Shown here one piece after another: positions 46,061-52,577 of a DNA stretch of 64,000 bases (the stretch's first letter is position 1; each line of letters starts with the position of its first letter). The notes beneath the pieces were generated by a model. That model saw only the letters and a program-made list of their open reading frames with translations, had not been told where the DNA came from and did not search any database. A program made the translations under genes and the position numbers. The DNA is from Thermoanaerobaculia bacterium (lineage in GTDB: Bacteria; Acidobacteriota; Thermoanaerobaculia; UBA5066; Gp7-AA6). The stretch lies in NCBI GenBank assembly GCA_036505535.1, contig DASXTI010000062.1, positions 39,249 through 103,248 of the forward strand, written 5' to 3'.

Positions 46061-46155
46061 ATTGACGATTGAAGATTGGCGATTGATGATTGGGTGCGGC
46101 CGCCTCGCCTCTTTCCATCTTTCAATCGGCAATCATCAATCGTCAATCTCCAATG
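46061..46155. repeat. 5 + 5 inverted heptads: ATTGACG ATTGAAG ATTGGCG ATTGATG ATTGGGT ... TTCAATC GGCAATC ATCAATC GTCAATC TCCAATG
   Basis: Seen in sequence. It fills the ptsH-ptsI spacer, and the last heptad contains the ptsI ATG (46153). Confidence 0.9.
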
Positions 46156-47841
46156 CTCCAGGGCCTCTCGGTCTCGCCAGGCGTCGCCGTCGGCCGAGCC
46201 GTCATCATTCGGTTCGGAGGGCTCCCGGCGTTTCGCCGAGCGGTTTCCGCCGACGAGCTCGACAAAGAGGAGCGCCGGCTGCGCCGGGCGGCCGCGCGGG
46301 CGGCCGAGGATCTCGAGCGGCACTCGCGCGAAGCCCACGGCGACATCGGAACCGAGCTCGCCGCGATTCTGGAGGCCCACAGCTTGATCGCCACCGACGA
46401 GACCTATCTCGGCGCGATCGTGTCGTGCATGCGGCGAGACCGGGTCAACGCCGAGTGGGCATTGGCAGAGGTAACACGCGAACTCGGCGAGCGCCTGGCC
46501 GCGGCCGATTCCGCGGCCATGCGGGAGCGCGAGGCCGACATCTCCGATGTGGCCCGCGAGATCGCGCGGCATCTCTCGGGCGGCGCACGTCCGCTGCCGG
46601 GCGAGCTTCCTCGCGGCTCGATTCTGGTGGCCGACGAGCTATCCCCGGTCGATGCGGCGCGGTTGGATCCCCGGCGCGTGCGAGCCCTTGCGCTGGAGCG
46701 CGGCGGCCCGACGTCGCACGCATCGATCATTGCGCGCTCCTTCGGGCTTCCCGCGGTCGTCGGCATCGCGGGACTCTGCGAGGCGGTTTCGCCGGAGCGT
46801 CCGATCATCGTGGATGGCAATCGGGGCGTCGTGGAGCTGGATCCCTCCAAGGAGCAAATTCGCCAGAGCTTTTCTCGCGCGCGCGAGGAGAAGGAACACA
46901 GTCGCCGCCTGCAGGGCCTTGCGGCACGGGTCGCAACGACGAAAGACGGGGTCCGAATCGCCGTGCGCGCCAATCTCGAGCTGCCCGAGGAGATTCCGGC
47001 TCTGGATCGCTCGCGTGCCGAGGGGGTGGGACTCTTCCGCTCCGAATTCCTGTATCTTCGGGCTCTGCCGCGCTCGCCCGGAATCGAGGAGCAGCGCGAG
47101 GCGTACGAGACCCTCTTGACCGCCGCGGCGCCGCATCCGGTGGTCGTGCGAACCTACGACCTCGGAGGGGAGAAGGGGATCGGCCCGGCGCCCGGTGAGA
47201 ACCCCGCACTCGGGCTGCGGGGACTGCGGTACTGTCTGGCGCACCCGGAGCTCTTCGACGAGCAGCTGACCGCCCTTTGCCTGGCCTCGCGTCGCGGCGA
47301 CCTGCGGATTCTGCTCCCGATGGTGACGTCGCTCTCGGAGCTCGCAGCGGCTCGGCAGGCTCTCGAGCGCGCCGTCCGGCGCACGGGAATCACGCAGACG
47401 CCCAGGCTCGGCGTGATGATCGAGATTCCCTCCGCGGCCCTGCTGGCCGAACGTCTCGCGGCTGCCGCCGACTTCTTCTCGATCGGCACCAACGATCTGG
47501 CGCAATACGGCTTAGCCGTCGACCGCTCCAATCCCGACGTGTCAGCGCTCTATCGCCCGCTCCATCCGGCGATTCTCCGGATGATAAAATTTGTCGTGGA
47601 CGCGGGACGCAACTTCGAGCGGCCGGTGGCCGTGTGCGGCGAAATGGCAGCGGATCCTCTCGGAGCCGCGGTTCTGGTGGGCCTCGGTATCACGGATCTC
47701 TCCGTGACGCCCGTAGCTATACCGGGCATCAAAGAGAATCTCTCATCGATCGACTCATCGCGCGTCCGCGTTCTGGCGGAGCGGGCGCTCGAAGCCGCGG
47801 AGGCCGCCGAGGTTGAGCGCATCTTTGGAGGAGAGTTGTGA
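46153..47841 (+). CDS. ptsI: Phosphoenolpyruvate--protein phosphotransferase (PTS Enzyme I)
   Basis: ATG at 46153 within ORF 46090..47841. MLQGLSVSPGVAVGRA, active-site GGPTSHASIIARS, and FFSIGTNDLAQY. Confidence 0.95.
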   Translation: MLQGLSVSPGVAVGRAVIIRFGGLPAFRRAVSADELDKEERRLRRAAARAAEDLERHSREAHGDIGTELAAILEAHSLIATDETYLGAIVSCMRRDRVNAEWALAEVTRELGERLAAADSAAMREREADISDVAREIARHLSGGARPLPGELPRGSILVADELSPVDAARLDPRRVRALALERGGPTSHASIIARSFGLPAVVGIAGLCEAVSPERPIIVDGNRGVVELDPSKEQIRQSFSRAREEKEHSRRLQGLAARVATTKDGVRIAVRANLELPEEIPALDRSRAEGVGLFRSEFLYLRALPRSPGIEEQREAYETLLTAAAPHPVVVRTYDLGGEKGIGPAPGENPALGLRGLRYCLAHPELFDEQLTALCLASRRGDLRILLPMVTSLSELAAARQALERAVRRTGITQTPRLGVMIEIPSAALLAERLAAAADFFSIGTNDLAQYGLAVDRSNPDVSALYRPLHPAILRMIKFVVDAGRNFERPVAVCGEMAADPLGAAVLVGLGITDLSVTPVAIPGIKENLSSIDSSRVRVLAERALEAAEAAEVERIFGGEL

Positions 47842-48191
47842 GGACCGTGCCAAAGCCCTGGGGCAGAGAGTTGATCTTCGCGGAGAACGAGCGATATGCC
47901 GGCAAGATCCTGCACCTGGAAGCGGGCCACAGTCTTTCCCTGCAGTACCATGAAAGAAAGGACGAGACGCTTTTCGTTCTGGAGGGAGAGATGCAGCTTT
48001 CCGTGCAAGTCGATGGAACGATGCAGGAACTGACCTTGCGCGCGGGCGAGGCCTACCGGATTCGTCCGGGCATACGCCACCGGATGCATGCGGAGCGCCC
48101 CTGCGTGCTCGTCGAGGTGTCTTCCCCCGAGCTCGACGACGTCGTCCGTCTCGAGGACGCCTACGGGCGGGCGGGCACAACGGCGCCATGA
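47838..48191 (+). CDS. Cupin domain protein (mannose-6-phosphate isomerase type II C-terminal-like)
   Basis: VPKPWGRE...GHSLSLQYHERKDE cupin motif. GTGA overlap with ptsI. Confidence 0.8.
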   Translation: MRTVPKPWGRELIFAENERYAGKILHLEAGHSLSLQYHERKDETLFVLEGEMQLSVQVDGTMQELTLRAGEAYRIRPGIRHRMHAERPCVLVEVSSPELDDVVRLEDAYGRAGTTAP

Positions 48192-48823
48192 AATACCTCT
48201 TTCCCGCAGCCGCGCTGCTCTCGGCCGCGGGCGTGATGACCGCCGTGACCCCCACGCCGACCCCGGTGCCGCGGTTGACCGGCGGATTCGGCCGTCCACG
48301 CGCCACGCCGCTGCCGTCGGTTGCGGGCAGCGGCCAGAGCCAGAGCTCCGAGCGTGGAAAGGCCGGGCTGACGATCAATAACCGCTCTCTCGTGACCAAT
48401 CCCGAAAAAGGGCGGGTGTCGACCAGCAAGGTCGCTCCCCCAAAGACCGCCACGCCTCGGGCGCCCTCGCCTTCGTCCGCAGCGGGCGACGACGGTCCCT
48501 CCGCGCACTCGCCGGTTCCCTCCGGCGGTTCGGCGGGCAACGAGGCGGAGTGGCGCGAAGCCGTGCACCGGGCGCGTCAGCGGGTCGAGGACGCCAGAGC
48601 GCGCGTTGCCGAGCTGGATGCCGCGACGCGCAAGCTCGAGAACGACTTCTATTCGTGGGACGACGGGCAATATCGCGACCGCGTCATCAAGCCCGCCTGG
48701 GACCGTACGCGCGAGCAGCTCGAGGAGGCCCGGCGCGAGCTCGCCGCGGCGGAAAGGGACCTCGCCGACCTGCCCGAGAAGGCGCGGAAGGCCGGGGCCC
48801 TTCCGGGATGGTTGCGAGAATGA
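48188..48823 (+). CDS. Hypothetical secreted protein with disordered Pro/Ser-rich region and C-terminal coiled coil
   Basis: Signal-like MKYLFPAAALLSAAGVMTA. ATGA overlaps at both ends. No family recognised. Confidence 0.55.
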   Translation: MKYLFPAAALLSAAGVMTAVTPTPTPVPRLTGGFGRPRATPLPSVAGSGQSQSSERGKAGLTINNRSLVTNPEKGRVSTSKVAPPKTATPRAPSPSSAAGDDGPSAHSPVPSGGSAGNEAEWREAVHRARQRVEDARARVAELDAATRKLENDFYSWDDGQYRDRVIKPAWDRTREQLEEARRELAAAERDLADLPEKARKAGALPGWLRE

Positions 48824-50196
48824 ACGCTCGGCCCGGCGGCTCCAACCGTGCAAACGAGGGCTCTCTGCCCGCTCGACGGACGGCGTTTCGCGTTGAGACG
48901 TGGGGCTGTCAGATGAACGTGCTCGATGGGCAACGCATGGCCGGCCAGCTGGAAGCCCTCGGGTTGACGCGCGCGGCGGAAGGAGAGCGTCCCGGGGTCG
49001 TGGTGCTCAATACCTGCGCGGTCCGAGAAAAGGCGGAGGCCAAGGTCTTCAGCGAGCTGGGAACCCTTGCCCGGCGGAAACAAGAAGACCCCGGCCTCAT
49101 CGTTGGCGTTACGGGATGCGTCGCTCAGGTCTCCGGCGATGAGATTCTGGAGCGCGCCCCGTGGGTCGACTTCGTCGCCGGCACGGGGCAGGTCGAGAGA
49201 ATCGGGGAGCTCGTCGACGAGGTCCGAAGGGAGCGCCAGCGCGCAATCCGATTGGACTTTCCCGAGGAGGATCCCGTCTATCAGTTTCGCAAGATCTCCC
49301 GCGAGTCCGCCTTCCAGGCCTACGTCACCGTCATCGAGGGCTGTGACCAGTTCTGCACCTTCTGCATCGTCCCCTTCACGCGCGGACGGGAGCGCTGCCG
49401 GTCAGCCGCCGAGATCGTGGACGAGGTCCGGCACCTCGCCTCCTGCGGCTTTACCGAGGTCACGCTTCTCGGGCAGACTGTCAACGCCTACCGGGATCCC
49501 ACAGCGGGCTTTGGTCTCGGAGAGATGCTGCGCCGCGCCTCTGGCGTCCAGGGCATTCGGCGGCTGCGGTTCCTGACCTCCCATCCCGGGCTCGTGGACT
49601 CCGACCTGATCGCCGCCCTCGCCGAGGGGGGGACGATCGCTCCTTATCTCCACCTGCCGGCTCAGTCGGGCTCGGACCGGATTCTGAACCGGATGAAGCG
49701 CCGTTACACCGCGGCGCAGTACCGCGAAACGGTCGCTCGCATTCGGCGGGCCGTTCCCCGGCTCGCGATGTCCTCGGACTTCATCGTGGGTTTCCCGGGC
49801 GAGACCGAGGAGGATTTCGAGGCGACCCTGGACCTCGTTCGCCAGACGGGCTTCGCAAGCCTCTTCGCGTTTCGCTACTCGCCGCGGCCCGGCACGGCCT
49901 CGGCGCGATGGGGCAGGGGCTCCGAGGTCTCGGAGCAAATCGCAGCCGATCGGTTGAGGCGCCTGCTGGGTCTCCAGGCGGATCTGCAGAGGGAACTCAA
50001 CCGAAGCCTAGTCGGCAGCGAGTTCGAAGTGCTGATCGAAGGATGGGACCGCCGCGGCCAGAGCACGGGCCGCACGGCGTGTAACCGAATCGTGCACCTG
50101 GAAAGAGAGGGCGCCGGCGCGGCGCCCGGGCAGTACCTCCGCGTGCGGATCACGCGGGGTCTTCCCAACTCGTTGATTGGCACGCCGGCGGCATAA
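48820..50196 (+). CDS. miaB: tRNA-i6A37 methylthiotransferase MiaB
   Basis: Within ORF 48550..50196. N-terminal VETWGCQMN, radical SAM motif EGCDQFCTFCIVP, C-terminal TRAM domain. Start is the ATG at 48820 or at 48808. Confidence 0.9.
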   Translation: MNARPGGSNRANEGSLPARRTAFRVETWGCQMNVLDGQRMAGQLEALGLTRAAEGERPGVVVLNTCAVREKAEAKVFSELGTLARRKQEDPGLIVGVTGCVAQVSGDEILERAPWVDFVAGTGQVERIGELVDEVRRERQRAIRLDFPEEDPVYQFRKISRESAFQAYVTVIEGCDQFCTFCIVPFTRGRERCRSAAEIVDEVRHLASCGFTEVTLLGQTVNAYRDPTAGFGLGEMLRRASGVQGIRRLRFLTSHPGLVDSDLIAALAEGGTIAPYLHLPAQSGSDRILNRMKRRYTAAQYRETVARIRRAVPRLAMSSDFIVGFPGETEEDFEATLDLVRQTGFASLFAFRYSPRPGTASARWGRGSEVSEQIAADRLRRLLGLQADLQRELNRSLVGSEFEVLIEGWDRRGQSTGRTACNRIVHLEREGAGAAPGQYLRVRITRGLPNSLIGTPAA

Positions 50197-50213
50197 GGAA
50201 AGGACGGGGCGCG

Positions 50214-50699
50214 ATGGTCAAGATGGAAATCAAAGGCTTGCTGATGGACCCGGTATCCAACATGCCGGTCGTCATCCTGCGGGACACCACCGAAAAGGGC
50301 CTCTTTCTGCCGATCTGGGTCGGCGTCTTCGAGGCCAACGCGATCGCTCTCGAAATGGAGAAGGTGTCGACCCCCCGGCCGATGACCCACGATCTCTTGA
50401 AGAACCTGCTGACGGAGCTCGAGGCCCGGGTCGAGCGGATCGTTATCAATGACCTCCGTGAGAACACCTTTTTTGCCCAGATCCACTTGACGCGGGGGGA
50501 CTCGAGCCTGTCGGTCGATAGCCGACCGAGCGACGCCATCGCGCTGGCGCTGCGCTCGCACGCCGACATCTTCGTCGAGGAAGACGTGCTCGAGAAAAGC
50601 CGCAGCCTTCGGTCGGAAGGCTCCGAGCAGGATCCCGACCGCCTCCGCAAATGGCTCGAGGAAGCCAGCCCGGACGAGCTCGGAAAGTATCGAATGTAG
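50214..50699 (+). CDS. Bifunctional nuclease domain (BFN/DUF151) protein
   Basis: PVVILRD...LPIWVGVFEANAIAL...PRPMTHDL...ARPSDAIALALR pattern of the BFN family. Confidence 0.8.
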   Translation: MVKMEIKGLLMDPVSNMPVVILRDTTEKGLFLPIWVGVFEANAIALEMEKVSTPRPMTHDLLKNLLTELEARVERIVINDLRENTFFAQIHLTRGDSSLSVDSRPSDAIALALRSHADIFVEEDVLEKSRSLRSEGSEQDPDRLRKWLEEASPDELGKYRM

Positions 50700-50720
50700 C
50701 GATTACGAATGTAGCGATCA
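50691..50720 (+). repeat. Tandem 15-nt duplication CGAATGTAGCGATTA / CGAATGTAGCGATCA spanning the stop codon of the BFN gene
   Basis: Seen in sequence. The first copy holds the last two codons plus the TAG. Confidence 0.85.
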
Positions 50721-50796
50721 CTCGGTCCCGCTCTTCCGATCTCTCTTCTCGCCCGCCGCTCCTCCGAAAAAACTTCTGCGTTGTACACTGCGATTC

Positions 50797-51552
50797 GTGA
50801 TCATCTCGATTACGAATCAGAAGGGGGGAGTCGGCAAGACGACGACCGCCATCAATCTTGCGGCGGCCATGGCCCAGAAAGGGATGAGGACGCTTCTTAT
50901 AGATCTCGACCCCCAGGCCAACAGCACGATGTCCTACGTCGATCGGCGCTCAGTGGAGAAGTCCATGTTCGACGTCATGGTGGACTCCAACACGCCTCTG
51001 TCGGACGTCATTCGCCCGTCGGGCTTGAACAACCTCGACATCGCGCCGGCGCGGATCTCGCTGGCCAAGATCGAGTCCAAGCTCCTCGGCGAGCTCGACG
51101 GCCATTTCCGTCTCCGAGACAAGCTCGATCCCTCACGGCAGGCCTACGACGTGATCTTGATCGACACGCCCCCTACGCTCGGGATGATCACCGTCAACGC
51201 GATGGTCGCCTCTACCCACATTCTGATCCCGATTCAGTCCTCGTACTTTGCCCTCGAAGGAACCGACGACCTTCTCGAGACGATCGACAAGATCAAGGCT
51301 CGGCCGAATCCCAATCTCCGGATCCTCGGGGTCGTGATCACCCTCCACGACAAACGAACCGTAATTGGCAAGGACGTCTCCGAGCAGATCGTCTCGGTCT
51401 TTGGCGACAAGGTCTTCAAGACGACGATCTCAAAGAGCGTGCGGCTGGAGGAGAGCCCGGCCCACCGCGAGTCTATCTTTACCTTCGCGCCGCGCTCGAG
51501 CGGCGCGGCCGAGTACTACTCGCTTTCCGAGGAGGTACTATCCCGTGTCTAA
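50797..51552 (+). CDS. parA: Chromosome partitioning ATPase ParA/Soj
   Basis: Deviant Walker A NQKGGVGKTT. GTG start. Confidence 0.9.
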   Translation: MIISITNQKGGVGKTTTAINLAAAMAQKGMRTLLIDLDPQANSTMSYVDRRSVEKSMFDVMVDSNTPLSDVIRPSGLNNLDIAPARISLAKIESKLLGELDGHFRLRDKLDPSRQAYDVILIDTPPTLGMITVNAMVASTHILIPIQSSYFALEGTDDLLETIDKIKARPNPNLRILGVVITLHDKRTVIGKDVSEQIVSVFGDKVFKTTISKSVRLEESPAHRESIFTFAPRSSGAAEYYSLSEEVLSRV

Positions 51553-52396
51553 GCGCCGTGGCCTTCCGTTGGAATCCCGGATGCGGCACGACTCGCACTT
51601 CGTCGAGTCCCTCTCGGAGCGCTTCGGCGCTTCGCTCGGCCGCCTGATCGCGATCGAGGAGATCGAGACCAATCCCGAACAGCCGAGACGAAGCGTCGGC
51701 GATCTCTCGGAGCTGCGGGCGTCGATCGAATCCAAGGGGGTCCTCGAGCCGCTTCTGGTCCGACCTCTTCCCGACGGACGTTTCCGGATCATCGCGGGGG
51801 AGCGCCGTTTTCGGGCCGCGATGGAGGCCGGGTTGGCGGAGGTTCCCTGCATCGAGCTCGATGTGCCGGACAACGAGGTGATGGAAATCGCGCTCATCGA
51901 GAACCTCCACCGGCGCGACCTGCATCCTTTCGAGGAGGCTACCGGATACGCATCGCTCGCCGACCGCCACGGTTATACACAGCAGCAGATCGCCGACGCG
52001 GTCGGAAAGTCCCGCGTCTCCATTACCGAGGCGATGTCGCTTCTGGAGATTCCGGAGGATCTCCGCGAGAGATGTCGGCGCGCCGACATCGATGCGCGTT
52101 CGGTCCTGCTGGAGATCGCGCGCCTCGGCGACCGCGAGAAGATGGTCGATGCGATAGCCCTGGTAGCCGGCGGGTCGACCCGCGACGACCTGCGCGACCG
52201 AAAGAAGCAGGTTTCCGCCTCGGGAAAAAAGAAGGCGGGCGCCTACAGTTTCGTCTACAAGGCGAAGGACAGTCCCTTTCGTCTGAACATCTCCTTCGAG
52301 AGGTCGCGGGTCGGCCGCGCCGATCTGATCGACGCGCTCCGCACGGTGCTGCGCCAGCTCGAGTCGGGAAGCCTTCCGGTCTCCAAGACGAAGTAG
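51545..52396 (+). CDS. parB: Chromosome partitioning protein ParB/Spo0J
   Basis: GTG at 51545 within ORF 51365..52396. ParB box GERRFRAA and IENLHRRDLHPFEEA, plus an HTH region. Confidence 0.9.
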   Translation: MSKRRGLPLESRMRHDSHFVESLSERFGASLGRLIAIEEIETNPEQPRRSVGDLSELRASIESKGVLEPLLVRPLPDGRFRIIAGERRFRAAMEAGLAEVPCIELDVPDNEVMEIALIENLHRRDLHPFEEATGYASLADRHGYTQQQIADAVGKSRVSITEAMSLLEIPEDLRERCRRADIDARSVLLEIARLGDREKMVDAIALVAGGSTRDDLRDRKKQVSASGKKKAGAYSFVYKAKDSPFRLNISFERSRVGRADLIDALRTVLRQLESGSLPVSKTK

Positions 52397-52455
52397 CGGC
52401 TGGCCTCCCGGCGGCCTCCGAGGCGACAAAGATATGAAGCTGTCGGTCGGGCTCG

Positions 52456-52483
52456 GCGTCCGATAATATATATTATGTTAAAT
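52456..52483. other. dif: dif site (XerC/XerD chromosome-dimer resolution site): GCGTCCGATAA-TATATA-TTATGTTAAAT
   Basis: Compared with E. coli dif GGTGCGCATAA-TGTATA-TTATGTTAAAT: XerD arm 11/11, central hexamer 5/6, inner ATAA of the XerC arm conserved. It is non-coding, in the only AT-rich island of the window. Confidence 0.8.
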
Positions 52484-52492
52484 AAGGTCGGT

Positions 52493-52549
52493 TATGTAAA
52501 GCGCCCTGCTCTCTCTCCGCGACAGTCTCAGCCGGGCGCGCTTTACATA
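52493..52549. repeat. Perfect 12-bp inverted repeat TATGTAAAGCGC ... GCGCTTTACATA (33-nt spacer) between dif and lptFG
   Basis: Seen in sequence. The left arm (TTATGTAAAG) resembles the XerD half-site TTATGTTAAAT. Confidence 0.85.
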
Positions 52550-52577
52550 GCCCTTTCTGCTCGGCAGTATCGAGTCT

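Noticed and set aside
46061-46155. Heptad repeat arrays as a CRISPR array or a minisatellite-encoded peptide (the ORF track translates them as ...NRQSPIANSP..., ...QSAIINRQSP...)
   Set aside because: The period is 7 nt with no spacers, so this is not CRISPR. A 7-nt period changes frame every unit, and the true starts of the downstream genes lie at or after the repeat, so it is not coding.
52434-52466. Mini-ORF MKLSVGLGVR (and a ~44-codon ORF from 52475) in the parB-lptFG spacer
   Set aside because: It is too short, has no SD, and overlaps dif and the inverted repeat. There is no evidence of coding.
52397-52577. AT-rich island next to parAB as a candidate oriC
   Set aside because: There are no DnaA boxes (TTATCCACA-like), no dnaA/dnaN nearby, and the AT-rich stretch is short. 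It matches dif almost perfectly, and the flanking genes converge on it rather than diverging.
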